From positions 1-64,000 of the forward strand of contig DAHVQG010000003.1 in the NCBI GenBank assembly GCA_027317865.1: 64,000 nt of DNA. Direction: 5' to 3'. The notes below the pieces were generated by a model. That model saw only the letters and a list, made by a program, of their open reading frames with translations, was not told where the DNA came from and did not search any database. The DNA comes from Bdellovibrionales bacterium (GTDB lineage: Bacteria; Bdellovibrionota; Bdellovibrionia; Bdellovibrionales; UBA1609). Of this stretch, positions 10,920-21,668 are shown one piece after another. Within the stretch, counting starts at the first letter, position 1; each line of letters begins with the position of its first letter. The position numbers and the translations under genes were made by a program.

Positions 10920-11947
10920 GCAAATATTGTTTGAATCCAGCGTTTAAGCTCGAGGGCTTGAATCGCTTCATTGGGCACAAATTCGGTTAAATTGGCATCA
11001 GCTCGCGCGCGCAAAAACTCAGGGTCGATTTGCGGATTGTCGCGATCAATAATGTAAATAAATCGTTTATCATAATAAGGGGTCTCGCGAATATAATGGT
11101 TTGTCGTAACCAATTTGAACCCAGAAGCAAGGGCCTCGACGGCTCGGTGTGAGAAACCGGATTGACGCGGATGATGAATGTCTAAAATGGCAATCGTCGA
11201 ACGGATTACCGATTCCGTGGAATCACCAAGTTGTGGCTTAAGGCTTAATTCTTCAACTCGAAATGTGCGAAATGCCGGGTCGAAAATTTTTCGGAAATAG
11301 TATAATAACGGGCTTTGAAAAAATACGAATCGGTAAAACGAAAACTCAGAGGGCAAGGTCTGCGAAATTTTAGCTAGAATTTTAAGCCGATCAGAATGGC
11401 ACGATCCGATAAATGTAAGATTCCAATTCTTGTGGGTTAGGCTGTCGTCATTCTTTTTATCGTTATGCGGCTTTTCGACGTAGTAATTCGGCATGTAATG
11501 CCATTCGGGATGTGACTTGCTATCTTCGATATCAAAAGAGAAAACACGATCCATAAAGGGAACGATTGACATAGCTGTTGGGTGATTTCGAAGGCTATCC
11601 CACAAATAAATTTGAAATCGCGCCTTTTGAAAGCGCCTTTTCATGCCGTGCACGACAGCTTTAGTTAAGCCTTCGCCCTTAATAATAAACACTTCGTCAA
11701 TGTTATTTGGAATTTCATTAAAGACTCGCTCATAATACCGGCGCAAATAGGGCGCCAATAGAAAGCGGAATTTTCGAATCAGTATTTTAACAAGGGCCTT
11801 TTTTGATGGCCGATCACAAACGTAGTAAACCGTGTGACCCTGACGGATAAGTTCGTCGCGAACGAGAATATGATAATTAAAGAAATCAGGCGAAATAAGA
11901 AGTATGGATCGGGCTGGTGTCGAATTAGGATAAATAGACGGACTCAT
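10916..11947 (-). CDS. Putative polysaccharide biosynthesis glycosyltransferase
   Basis: YLWDS, DRVFSFD, FIGSCHSDR, ILDIHHPRQSGFSHRAVEAL..KLVTTN (GT-B-like C-terminus); convergent with wzt. Confidence 0.7.
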   Translation of the reverse strand: MSPSIYPNSTPARSILLISPDFFNYHILVRDELIRQGHTVYYVCDRPSKKALVKILIRKFRFLLAPYLRRYYERVFNEIPNNIDEVFIIKGEGLTKAVVHGMKRRFQKARFQIYLWDSLRNHPTAMSIVPFMDRVFSFDIEDSKSHPEWHYMPNYYVEKPHNDKKNDDSLTHKNWNLTFIGSCHSDRLKILAKISQTLPSEFSFYRFVFFQSPLLYYFRKIFDPAFRTFRVEELSLKPQLGDSTESVIRSTIAILDIHHPRQSGFSHRAVEALASGFKLVTTNHYIRETPYYDKRFIYIIDRDNPQIDPEFLRARADANLTEFVPNEAIQALELKRWIQTIFA

Positions 11948-12047
11948 ATTTTTTCGCCATGACTTCAGGCATCGTCGCTGCCTCGTGCGCAAGAGTCAAT
12001 AGGAAGATAAGCGTGCCAGGTTTGGGGCGCCCCTCGGCCCAGAAATA

Positions 12048-13517
12048 CTACGGTAGTGCGGTAAACAATACGGCCGCCGAATGGTCGGTGAGCGTCACAG
12101 ACGAAACGGCGCTATAAGTGAGGGTCCCGCTTTCGTTGCCATTGGCGTCGACCGTTAGCAATCCGTCGGGAGAAGTTTGGGCGAGATAATAAGTCCCCCC
12201 GAGCGGAACAGTTATGGTACTTGTACTCGGATTGACCAAAACAAATCCGTTGGTAAAATTGCGCCGATAAACGCCGAGCGTAGAATCAAACAAATTTTGT
12301 ATGGAACTACCGGCATTTTCAGTCGGTGCGCCGATCGGGATATTATATTCCGGATACCATTCCGGCCCCGTCGAGCCATTGACGCCCACTCTATTCCCCA
12401 TCGAGTTATTGATGCTAATATAAGTTCGGGTTCCTTTGATTAGCAGATAACTGCCGACAGTAAACATGCGGTTTTTTGCCGTTGTGACATACGTTTGGCC
12501 GATTACAGCTTGGTTTCGTGCAACAACAGCTAAAATTCTATTCATTTCGAGTTGCCAATCGCTTTCAGCATAAAAGCTCGTGTTGTTGGGCATTGCAAAC
12601 TGTTCGACCATTATGCCGTCGGCGGGAGTAATAATATCGGGATGATCGCGTCCTGTAATCCACGACCCGACGTTAGGGACAAGGTAATATCCGGGGAGAT
12701 TGGCTTTAAGATAGACGAGCCAATTTTGCATCCACGATGCCCATTGGTCTTCAAAAGTTGAATCAACTGCGGGGAGATTTGGGCTATAATTGGTCGAGCC
12801 AAAGAAGTTTGGAATACTAAAACTATCCATAAAAATGCCGTCGTCATTGTTGGCAACAAGTTGTGATTTGACCTGATTGAGCCACCACGTTTGATAGCTC
12901 GGGTCACTGATATTCATAACGTACCACCCGTTGTTGCAGAAATAGACGCGAGAGCTACCGTTGTAAGTAAAAAACCACTGCGGCTGAACCACACTGTTGC
13001 CCGGCCATTCTTGAACCCAATTATTACCGTCAATGATCGAGATGTAGTTTCCGCTAGGGGTACAGTTGGAATTCGCCGTTTGATACCCAAGCCCATATCC
13101 GAGCCGATAATGAAGTATCAAAAAATTCGGGTTTATACTTCTAAGTTTTGCGGCATCGTTTGCCGTCACCTTTTGCACCCCCGCATAGTGAGTGGCCACA
13201 AATTGAATTTGTGCCGAATCAAAAGCGGCAAGGTCGACTTGATCGTGAAAAATGTGAATTCCTGAAGTCGTATCGGGCCACTGCCTTTTGTAAGTTGCGT
13301 TGCCGGTGGGATTGCCGCCCGTTGTACTACCTCCGGTTGTGCCTGTCGTTGAACCCGCCGATGGTCCGGATACGCTGGCATTTGATATCGCTTGGCTTGT
13401 ATTCACTGCACTAAAGCCGCCCGAACAATTTTGAAACGAAAATAAAAGAAGTGTCGAAGTTGAAAACAGTGCTACAAACTTAGACAGTTTTGCGGATGTG
13501 GTTGTGCGAAATTTCAC
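12048..13517 (-). CDS. FQNC-signal lipoprotein with putative glycoside hydrolase (TIM-barrel) domain
   Basis: LLFSFQNCS signal, G/T/S linker, DGIFMDS, GIMVEQF, GVYRRNFTNGFVLVNP. Confidence 0.65.
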   Translation of the reverse strand: MKFRTTTSAKLSKFVALFSTSTLLLFSFQNCSGGFSAVNTSQAISNASVSGPSAGSTTGTTGGSTTGGNPTGNATYKRQWPDTTSGIHIFHDQVDLAAFDSAQIQFVATHYAGVQKVTANDAAKLRSINPNFLILHYRLGYGLGYQTANSNCTPSGNYISIIDGNNWVQEWPGNSVVQPQWFFTYNGSSRVYFCNNGWYVMNISDPSYQTWWLNQVKSQLVANNDDGIFMDSFSIPNFFGSTNYSPNLPAVDSTFEDQWASWMQNWLVYLKANLPGYYLVPNVGSWITGRDHPDIITPADGIMVEQFAMPNNTSFYAESDWQLEMNRILAVVARNQAVIGQTYVTTAKNRMFTVGSYLLIKGTRTYISINNSMGNRVGVNGSTGPEWYPEYNIPIGAPTENAGSSIQNLFDSTLGVYRRNFTNGFVLVNPSTSTITVPLGGTYYLAQTSPDGLLTVDANGNESGTLTYSAVSSVTLTDHSAAVLFTALP

Positions 13518-13543
13518 AGTTAGGCCCCCTGCGAGATTAAGAA

Positions 13544-13559
13544 AGCAACTGCGATGCCA
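13544..13559 (-). promoter_or_regulatory. Sigma54 -24/-12 promoter for the 13517 gene
   Basis: TGGCAT-CGCAG-TTGCT on the minus strand, 27 nt upstream of the start. Confidence 0.6.
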
Positions 13560-13820
13560 GCATATGTATCAACGCGAGACGAACTTCTAGTTTCTGTTCG
13601 ACATGTTTTCATAGAACAAAAAGGGGCACGTCGAAATTACGAACGAAAAAATTTACGTTTTTTGCCTATGGAATAGCCATCACTTACAATTTTCGGCACA
13701 ACCGCATTTTAAATGGTATAGAAATCGAATTATCATTTTGTACCTCAATTTTAACGGCCCCGGAGCCGGACCCAGTATTGCATCGAGAAAACGAACGGGA
13801 AGGCAAACAGAAAGGCAAAC

Positions 13821-15116
13821 GTGAAAATTTCTAGCAGTAAACTTCTGTTCGTCATATTCATTTCAATTTTTATTTCGCCTTCGGCTTTTGCGGATTATTT
13901 GCAGGCGTACTGCCCTGCGGTTTTAACAGGCGGCATGATGTTCAGTCCGGGTAAATTGACTCCCGAAGAATATAGACAATTGTTATTGCGGGGCTTTCGG
14001 GCTCTCGCAGAAGATGGCAATACAATTGATTTGAAACTGTTTCGGGTCAGTAGAAAAAGCAATCCAGCAAAGTACGACCATTTAAATAAAGTCTTAGTGC
14101 AAGCGTTAAAAATTCCTTTAACTTTAAATGACTTTTATAATCTGTTGCCGCTTTCGTCGATGACGATACCAAATATTTATAGAAGTCTCGAGCTGGGTGA
14201 GCCAATACCGATACCACGATTTATAGCGCGAGACGCAAGGCAAGTTGAAAAACAACAAAAAACAGCCGAAAGGCAGCGTAGGCATTTGGCAAAGCTTGAT
14301 AGCCGTCTGAAAAAAGCTGAAATGCGTTTGAAAAAAATTGCAGACCGAGGGTTGAAATATCGCACTGATGGCTTATCGCGATCCGAGAAATTTTCTCCTT
14401 TGCCAGAGGCCAAATCGATTCGCATGCAAAACAAGACACCAGTCGATCAGCCGCCGTCAAAAGTCATAACTGTGCAGCGGCCAATTGCCGTACCAATCAA
14501 ACAAATCGCGATTCGTATCGCCGATAAGAAGTCGGCAAAAAGTGAAACAAATGAAATTGCGAAAGTTAAAGAAGAGACGCAAAAAGAGGCGCAAGTTATA
14601 ACTCTTTTGAGGGCATTAAATAAACAAGGCATAAAGCCAAATATAATTAATTTAGCAGCGTTGCCGAGCGGCAATAAGATACTTGATGCCGTGCAGTTAG
14701 AATTTCACTCGAGCCTTTATGACGCTGTCGTTGCGGCCGGTCTTGACCCGAGCGAAGTTTTTGAAAGGGAGGCCAACACACAAGTTCTAACTGTCCGGAC
14801 GTTATTGCTGCGTATTCAAGCGATCAACCAATCCGATCGTACGCCCGAAAATGCAAAACAATTAGGTGAGCTAATAAGTATGGAATTTCCGCACAACCTA
14901 ATGGCATGGGCGAGCTGGACTGTAAATCATATTTTACTCGAGCCAAATTTGACCCCTAATGAACTGTACGGGTTATATTTAAAATCCATGAATGGCGCGA
15001 CCCCGCGCGGAGACAAAATGCAAATGATGTCTCAAGAGGTATTTGACCTTATTCTGCGGTCATTGTCGCGGAATCAATCATTGTACTCATATATTCGCAC
15101 GGCGAAGAAGCAGTAA
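13821..15116 (+). CDS. Secreted hypothetical protein (basic, coiled-coil)
   Basis: 431-aa ORF; signal peptide ending SAFA; no recognised domain. Confidence 0.65.
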   Translation: MKISSSKLLFVIFISIFISPSAFADYLQAYCPAVLTGGMMFSPGKLTPEEYRQLLLRGFRALAEDGNTIDLKLFRVSRKSNPAKYDHLNKVLVQALKIPLTLNDFYNLLPLSSMTIPNIYRSLELGEPIPIPRFIARDARQVEKQQKTAERQRRHLAKLDSRLKKAEMRLKKIADRGLKYRTDGLSRSEKFSPLPEAKSIRMQNKTPVDQPPSKVITVQRPIAVPIKQIAIRIADKKSAKSETNEIAKVKEETQKEAQVITLLRALNKQGIKPNIINLAALPSGNKILDAVQLEFHSSLYDAVVAAGLDPSEVFEREANTQVLTVRTLLLRIQAINQSDRTPENAKQLGELISMEFPHNLMAWASWTVNHILLEPNLTPNELYGLYLKSMNGATPRGDKMQMMSQEVFDLILRSLSRNQSLYSYIRTAKKQ

Positions 15117-15220
15117 AATTAAAAATTCGCCTGCAGCATAAACGCTCATATGGATTGCATTTGAGCGCATCAATTTGAGACATCCATCGCGCCAAAGCAT
15201 TCATAAAATGTGTTAAAAAT

Positions 15221-15228
15221 GCCGATAT
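15221..15228 (+). promoter_or_regulatory. Sigma28 (FliA)-like -10 element
   Basis: GCCGATAT 7 nt before ATG 15236; TAAA upstream. Confidence 0.5.
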
Positions 15229-15235
15229 ATTATGT

Positions 15236-17629
15236 ATGAAAATGCGGTACGTTTTCTTATTTATGCTTTCGCTTTTAGCCGCGGGGTGCGGAAAAGTCTG
15301 GGTATCTTTGTCTGTCAAGTCGAGCACACCAACCTCGGGCCCAACAACCTACAAACTTGTTTTTACAACCGAACCTTCATCAAGCATTTCGGCCGGTGCA
15401 GCATTGCCGACAGGTGGGGTAATTGAAGTCGAAGACAACAATGGCCATCTCGTATCAACCGGCGCACTCTCGACGGCCACGATCACTTTGTCGGACTCAA
15501 CCGGCAACGGTGGGATTGCCGGTGTTACAACTGTTACAGCTTCAGGTGGTATTGCGACGATTCCAAACAATACGCTAAAATTTGAAAAGAGTGGTTCCAC
15601 AAGTTTAAACGCCTCAGCGACAGTCACGGGATATGGTACGCTCAGTACAAACAGCAGCGCCATCAATATCGCAACGCCCACATTTTCAACGGTAAGTGAT
15701 TTTTCAGGGCCCGATGACCCCAACGGAGAGGTGAATGGTACTGGTACAGCTGCAAGACTTTGGGAGCCTCGCGGTCTCGTTTCTGATGGCACGAACGTGT
15801 ATGTAATGGAAGGTACGCCAAACTGTACGATGCGCGAATACAATATCTCAACCGGTGCGGTCACGACTTTAGCTGGCACGCTCTATAGCTGCGGCTATGC
15901 GGACGGCCTTGCCGGCGCAAATACTCTAGAGCCGGCGGGGGAACTTGCCACTGACGGCACTTATGTCTATTTTGCGAATGGTTGTGGCATTCGACGGGTG
16001 ACGATTGCTAGTGGCGCGGTAACAACAATTGCCGGGAATGCAACCTCCTGTGGATACTCGGACAACACGACGGGCACGAGCGCGCGCTTTGGTGACATTG
16101 GCGGCATTTATCTAAACGGCACGACGCTTTATGTGGGTGACAACGGCAACTGTTATATACGTGCGGTTGATTTGTCGGCGTCGCCCTACGCAGTAACTAC
16201 TGTCGCTGGCAACGGCACGTGTGGCGATGTCGACAATTCTTCGCCGACATCAGCCGAAGTTGAAAGTATGGATTCTTTTTCTGGCGACTCAACCAATCTC
16301 TATTTTACCGATACGACAAACAAGGTCGTTCGGCAAATGGCCTGGGCGGGCGGGGCCATAACAACTGATGCTTCCGGATTTTGCGGCCAGGTGCCAGCCT
16401 ACCTGACTGTTTCTGGTACGACGATGTATGTTTCGTGTCAGTCTATAATTGACGCGGCAACAATTGGCACTTGGTCATGGTCTTCAGTCGCGGGGCAAAG
16501 CTGGGACGGTGGCGAAGTCGACGGGGCAACCGGGACGTCACTAATGGGCACAGGTATTGATGGATACGGTAACTTTCTCTCAGCATATGGCACGAACATT
16601 TATTTCAGTGACACGATGAATGGCGGCCTTCGTGTTCTCAATGGCACAACCGACACAGTTACGACCTTAGCGGGTACTCCAAATTCAGGTACAAATTGGG
16701 TTCAAAACACAACCGCGCTAAACACGCATTTTGAGACTTTGCAAGATTTTGTCAGTGACGGAACGAGCCTCTACGGTTTTGATTTTGGCACTAATTTAAT
16801 ACCAGTGATTTCATTGGCAACGGGGGCATCGGGCTCGCCAGTTGGCTACTCGTCATGGGGTTTTAGTTCGGGCTTCAACCAAGTTCTTGCGTATATGAAT
16901 GGCGAAATCTATTACGCCGACCCGTGCAAAATTTGGGAAGTCAACCCGAGCGCTGATACACGCACGGCGCTTGCCGGTACCGGAACGTGCGGCGAAGTTG
17001 AGGGTAGTTTTGCAACGGCTGAGTTTAAAGGCATCGGGGCCATTGCGACCGACCAGAAGAACATTTTCATTTTTGATAACCACGCGATTAAAAAACTCGA
17101 TATGTCCACTGATACCGTAAGTGTCTTGTCGGGTACGGCTGGGACGAATGGTTGCGCCACCGGTAGTGCGAGCGCATCGCTGTACGATAATAGCGTGACG
17201 GACATGACCTATTTAAACGGCAACCTCTATTTTACCGAATCATGCAATAATTCGGTTGTTGCGGTCAATACAACGACGGGAGCATCAAGCATTGTAGCGG
17301 GTAACGGCACAGAGGGTTATGTTAATAGTACTCTTTTGTCGTCTGAGTTTTGCATCTCAGGGAGCGGCTGCGGTGGATTGCCGATCACAAATGATGGCAA
17401 AAACTTATATGTTGACGATCCTGATAACGGAGCCGTTCGAGAAATTAATTTAGTCGGCAATGCGGTGACAACTCTTTTTGGTTCGCCTAATCAGCGTTGG
17501 CAGGTTGACGGCGCGCTTTCGGGTGCGAGTGAAAGCCCACCGCATCCGGGGGTACCATTTCGAAACATCTACTATGGATATGGCAAACTCTATATCGGTC
17601 ATGCACGCGGGATTCGAGTTGTGCAATAG
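15236..17629 (+). CDS. Surface lipoprotein: Ig-like domain plus NHL-like beta-propeller repeats
   Basis: Lipobox LAAGC; KLVFTTEPS..VIEVEDNNG Ig-like motif; repeated VTTLAG..G..DG / TDGTNLY units. Confidence 0.8.
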   Translation: MKMRYVFLFMLSLLAAGCGKVWVSLSVKSSTPTSGPTTYKLVFTTEPSSSISAGAALPTGGVIEVEDNNGHLVSTGALSTATITLSDSTGNGGIAGVTTVTASGGIATIPNNTLKFEKSGSTSLNASATVTGYGTLSTNSSAINIATPTFSTVSDFSGPDDPNGEVNGTGTAARLWEPRGLVSDGTNVYVMEGTPNCTMREYNISTGAVTTLAGTLYSCGYADGLAGANTLEPAGELATDGTYVYFANGCGIRRVTIASGAVTTIAGNATSCGYSDNTTGTSARFGDIGGIYLNGTTLYVGDNGNCYIRAVDLSASPYAVTTVAGNGTCGDVDNSSPTSAEVESMDSFSGDSTNLYFTDTTNKVVRQMAWAGGAITTDASGFCGQVPAYLTVSGTTMYVSCQSIIDAATIGTWSWSSVAGQSWDGGEVDGATGTSLMGTGIDGYGNFLSAYGTNIYFSDTMNGGLRVLNGTTDTVTTLAGTPNSGTNWVQNTTALNTHFETLQDFVSDGTSLYGFDFGTNLIPVISLATGASGSPVGYSSWGFSSGFNQVLAYMNGEIYYADPCKIWEVNPSADTRTALAGTGTCGEVEGSFATAEFKGIGAIATDQKNIFIFDNHAIKKLDMSTDTVSVLSGTAGTNGCATGSASASLYDNSVTDMTYLNGNLYFTESCNNSVVAVNTTTGASSIVAGNGTEGYVNSTLLSSEFCISGSGCGGLPITNDGKNLYVDDPDNGAVREINLVGNAVTTLFGSPNQRWQVDGALSGASESPPHPGVPFRNIYYGYGKLYIGHARGIRVVQ

Positions 17630-17879
17630 TTGATTGGAGGCCAATTGGCTGCAATTAAATAGGCGGTAATTGAATTGGGCGTTAATTGAAAAATACTGTC
17701 AAGTCTGACACCTATGTTTAACGGTTAAACGACATTTGATTGCTGACCATGGATGTATTGATTGCGCTGAGAACGGGATTTGCAGTCTAGAAGTATGAAT
17801 GGCGACCCTTTTTGTCGCTGGCTCAAAATGAGTCAGTGAGTCTGTGGATAGATAGTATTTAGGAGCGTTATGGGGGCAC

Positions 17880-19559
17880 ATGAAGAAGCAAATTTTAACG
17901 AATTTAACAATTTGTATCGGAGTTTTGGCGCTCGTTACAGTGTTCAATAACTGTAGCGCCGGGTTTACTGCCTCAAATTTTGGCAATAGTTCGGCACAGA
18001 GTGCAAGCACCTCGTCCGGAGGACCCACAAATACCGGGGGCCCAGTGAACACAACGCCACCGAGTCAGTATGCTGCAAATACGTACACAGGTTGGCCGCT
18101 TCAATTTATCGGCATTGATATTTCATCAGCGTATCCAAACATCCAATACTACAACCGCTTTACGGTTCGTGGTGGTTTGTATCCGTACACATTTAAACTT
18201 TTAAAAGCTCCCGCGGGTATGCAGATTCAAACTCGAACAGGCGAGATCAAATGGACGCCGACCCAAAACGACACTTCTGCAAACGTCGAAGTCGAAGTAA
18301 CCGACAGCGCCGGTAATACGCTTACCCACGCCTATACTATTAATGTGACAACGAATGGATTTTATTTTGTTAATTCCGCAAGTGGCAATGACTCAAATCC
18401 GGGGACACTTGCACAACCCTTTCAAACGCTAAATGGCGTGATGGCTAAAAATTTGCCAGGTTCAACTATTTTATATGTGCAAGCCGGTACCTACCCGCTG
18501 AGTGGGTCAATTCAAATGAGCAATATGCCCGGAATTATCATGGCCTATCCCGGTACAAGGCCCGTTATCGACTGTCAAAACCTCGGCAACTGTTTTCATT
18601 TAGATGGAACGGTGAAAAACCCCGTTCTATTTCAAGGCTTTGAAATGGAAAACTGTTCATTTAAGTTCTTTTCGCTAGACGGCTACAAATACAGTGCAAC
18701 CTGGCGAAACAACATCATGCACAACATAAATGTAACAAATCCCAATAACGCTTATGAGAATCCGGCTTTTATTTTCACTTGGGATTACACGAACTCTCCG
18801 ACGCCCGTTTACCAAAATCTGATTGTGCAAAATAATCAATTCTACAACATGCAAAACTATCAAAGCGACATCCATATTGCCGCCTTTACTTGGTATGACG
18901 TTAGCCATTCAGTTGTCGAAGACAACGTGATTCACGACATCAATCGGGGCGCCTGTTTCGACGACAAAGATGACGGTTGGTACAACACCTTTCGCAACAA
19001 TATTTGTTATAACTCAAACCCGTATGGGTTTGATTTCGCGAGTCAATATACAGAGGGGCAAGAAGAGATAAATAACAATTTGTTTATCGGCAATGCGAAC
19101 GATACGGACGCAATCCAAGTAGGGATGCAGCCCGGGTACATTCAGGATGTCTATATTCACAATAATACGATCATAAATGGAACGATTGATTTTGGTTATC
19201 CGTTCTCATTAGCCAATACGCAAAAATTCGTGATTAAAAATAATATTTTTTATATCGATGGCACCGTTAATGTTTCATCGCTGCCGTTCTATCATGGCGA
19301 TCCGTCGGTTATTGGCCAAGACGGTGTTGCGGCCAACAATAACATCTACTGGAGTTCAAATTCGGCCCAGCCGATGATCGCGTGGGGGTGGACGGGCTCT
19401 CAACTTGAATTTTCTGGGTGGCAAAAGCTCGGCTACGATATCAACAGCTCATTTGGCGTTAAGCCCACTCTTTCAACAGACGGGACATACTCGCTGTCAC
19501 CAAGCAATCCCGACTATGGAGCTTACGGTAAAGATTTTTCTGCTGGAGTTTGGCAATGA
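17880..19559 (+). CDS. FNNC-signal lipoprotein: Ig-like domain plus right-handed parallel beta-helix (pectate-lyase-like fold)
   Basis: VFNNCS; APAGMQIQTRTGEIKWTP Ig motif; YFVNSASGNDSNPGTLAQPFQTL; many xxNNxx beta-helix rungs. Confidence 0.8.
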   Translation: MKKQILTNLTICIGVLALVTVFNNCSAGFTASNFGNSSAQSASTSSGGPTNTGGPVNTTPPSQYAANTYTGWPLQFIGIDISSAYPNIQYYNRFTVRGGLYPYTFKLLKAPAGMQIQTRTGEIKWTPTQNDTSANVEVEVTDSAGNTLTHAYTINVTTNGFYFVNSASGNDSNPGTLAQPFQTLNGVMAKNLPGSTILYVQAGTYPLSGSIQMSNMPGIIMAYPGTRPVIDCQNLGNCFHLDGTVKNPVLFQGFEMENCSFKFFSLDGYKYSATWRNNIMHNINVTNPNNAYENPAFIFTWDYTNSPTPVYQNLIVQNNQFYNMQNYQSDIHIAAFTWYDVSHSVVEDNVIHDINRGACFDDKDDGWYNTFRNNICYNSNPYGFDFASQYTEGQEEINNNLFIGNANDTDAIQVGMQPGYIQDVYIHNNTIINGTIDFGYPFSLANTQKFVIKNNIFYIDGTVNVSSLPFYHGDPSVIGQDGVAANNNIYWSSNSAQPMIAWGWTGSQLEFSGWQKLGYDINSSFGVKPTLSTDGTYSLSPSNPDYGAYGKDFSAGVWQ

Positions 19560-19689
19560 AGAGTGCGCAAACGAATACACAGTATTTATCCGAAGCGGGT
19601 TGGAGTGACGGGTTGATATCGGTTACCGCAAATTTAAGTGAATTTACGTCGGGTTAAAAAGTTTGACATGTAATTAAAGGGTAAAAATA

Positions 19690-20661
19690 ATGAGGCGAAT
19701 ATCATTTCAAATTGCAGTCGTGCTCGGTGCAATAGCTCTAGCTACATTATTCAACAATTGCGGAGGAGGCTTCGATGCAAATCCTGTCGCGGTGACTAAC
19801 GCGTCAAATGCAGCGTCCGGCACGTTATCGAATGCACCATCAATCCCGACGTCGAGTGTAATATCAAATAAGTCGGTAACAGTTTTGACCGATCTTGTGG
19901 TTTCATCGAATACGATACCAAATTTACCAGGATGGTCGATTGGCGGCAAAATTCTTTCAGCGCAACCAACTGCACCGCCGCCCGTAAGCGGTGATGCGCC
20001 TTACGCACTTGTGGCGACTTATCCTTCTAGCGGACCGACCGGTATGGGCGGCCCATGGGCGAATTTCAGTGTCGCCGCATTAAATACTGAAAGTATTTAC
20101 ATCGACTTCTGGGCTAAAATGCCCGACGCGAAAGAGGGCTTTAAATTCTGTAAGATTTTTGGTCAAAAGAACAGCCCTGTCGGTTATGCCGATGCAACCT
20201 TTCAAACTGATTACACGGACGTCGCTCAGGGCGGTTTTGTAATGGTCGGGTTTGGCGATGGAACGAATACAATAAACGATGGAGAAAATATAATAAGTTT
20301 AGATGATGGGCCAAATATGAATATAGGACGCGCGACGGGCACTGCGACGGTTCTTACACCACAGATGAGTTATTTTATGCCGTCCGATTGGGGTACTAGT
20401 TGGCATCACTTTCGTATTCATGTCAGGTTCAATAGCGGTACGTCTTCTGCCAATGAGATTTCAAACGGTGAGATCTATTTTGAGATTGATGGCAAGGTTT
20501 ATGTGAAGGCGACGGGGCTCTATAATCGTAATCCGCAAAATGGCCCAATCGATTACATTGGGCTTTTCGGTTGGGCGCAAAATGACCCGCAACCGTTTGA
20601 TATTTGGTACGACAACGTTGTCATTTCAACGGGCGGGTTTGCCTCCGGGCCCGAACTCTAA
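19690..20661 (+). CDS. FNNC-signal lipoprotein with beta-jelly-roll (polysaccharide lyase/LamG-like) domain
   Basis: LFNNCG; IYIDFWAKMP..GFKFCKIFG, WHHFRIHV, IYFEIDG, IWYDNVVIS. Confidence 0.65.
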   Translation: MRRISFQIAVVLGAIALATLFNNCGGGFDANPVAVTNASNAASGTLSNAPSIPTSSVISNKSVTVLTDLVVSSNTIPNLPGWSIGGKILSAQPTAPPPVSGDAPYALVATYPSSGPTGMGGPWANFSVAALNTESIYIDFWAKMPDAKEGFKFCKIFGQKNSPVGYADATFQTDYTDVAQGGFVMVGFGDGTNTINDGENIISLDDGPNMNIGRATGTATVLTPQMSYFMPSDWGTSWHHFRIHVRFNSGTSSANEISNGEIYFEIDGKVYVKATGLYNRNPQNGPIDYIGLFGWAQNDPQPFDIWYDNVVISTGGFASGPEL

Positions 20662-20801
20662 CCGCTGGCCAAAAAATGCAACTGCAGCCCAATCTTTTTT
20701 TGCTAAACTTTGTGAGGTTTCAATAATTTTCGCTAGTCTAGTTTTTTCAAGTTGATCGACAACCTGTTGACTGCAAAGTCCGACATTACATTATTGTAAG
20801 C

Positions 20802-21656
20802 ATGGCCAGGTTGGCATATATTTTTTTGATTTATATTGCGGCTTTGTCAATTCCACATAAAGCCTTCGCGTGGTGTGATAATTGCGGCGCAAACGGTTGC
20901 TGTAGATGCCCAACGGGGCAGGCGCAATGTCTAGGGTCATATTCATCGTGTGAAGAAGCTTGCGGTCTGACGACTCCGGTAGTCGGCGGCGGTTCAAGCT
21001 TGCCTGGAGTGCAGGGCGCGTTCATCCAAGGCGTTATGAACGGATTAATAAATGGCGTACGCAATTCGCAACAACAAAGGCCGTTATCTCCATATCAGAT
21101 TCAACAACTGCAGCTAGAACAACAGCAAGAGCAGCAGGCCGAAATTGCCCGCCTAAAAGCAGAGCAAGAGCGGCAACAAAAAATTCAGGCGTATCTTCAG
21201 GCGAAGGAGCAAGCCAAAAAAGTAAAAGAAGCAAAACTAGATCGCGAGGCTCAAGACGGGATGGATTTACTCAGGTCAAGTCCCGCGCCGGCTCTTTCGG
21301 ATCAGGAGTTGATCGGGCAAGGTCCAAATAACGATGTTCGCGATAAATCTGAGGGTTACCAAAAAGGTTACAATCACGCGATGAATTGTATTTCGCGAAG
21401 TGCGGGTAGTAGTTGTTCGGCGGGTACAGCTCAGCAAACCATTTTATGCGTGCAGCAATACAATGGCGGATATGACGCCGGTTTAGCCAAAGTTCAAATG
21501 GCAATGAAAGAGGCCTACGAATCGGGTGAGCAAGCTGGGCGTAAGGGGCAACTGTCAAACGGTGCGGCTGACCCGCGCGCTAATGGCGGATGTCGTACGG
21601 AGTGGATTGAGTCGTACAATCGAGGATATTTCGCGGGAAAACATTCAAACGAATAG
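20802..21656 (+). CDS. Secreted Cys-rich / coiled-coil hypothetical protein
   Basis: Signal ending AFA; Cys-rich N-terminus, Q/E-rich coil, C-terminal Y-x-x-G-Y-x-x-G repeats. Confidence 0.75.
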   Translation: MARLAYIFLIYIAALSIPHKAFAWCDNCGANGCCRCPTGQAQCLGSYSSCEEACGLTTPVVGGGSSLPGVQGAFIQGVMNGLINGVRNSQQQRPLSPYQIQQLQLEQQQEQQAEIARLKAEQERQQKIQAYLQAKEQAKKVKEAKLDREAQDGMDLLRSSPAPALSDQELIGQGPNNDVRDKSEGYQKGYNHAMNCISRSAGSSCSAGTAQQTILCVQQYNGGYDAGLAKVQMAMKEAYESGEQAGRKGQLSNGAADPRANGGCRTEWIESYNRGYFAGKHSNE

Positions 21657-21668
21657 GGGTCATCAATT

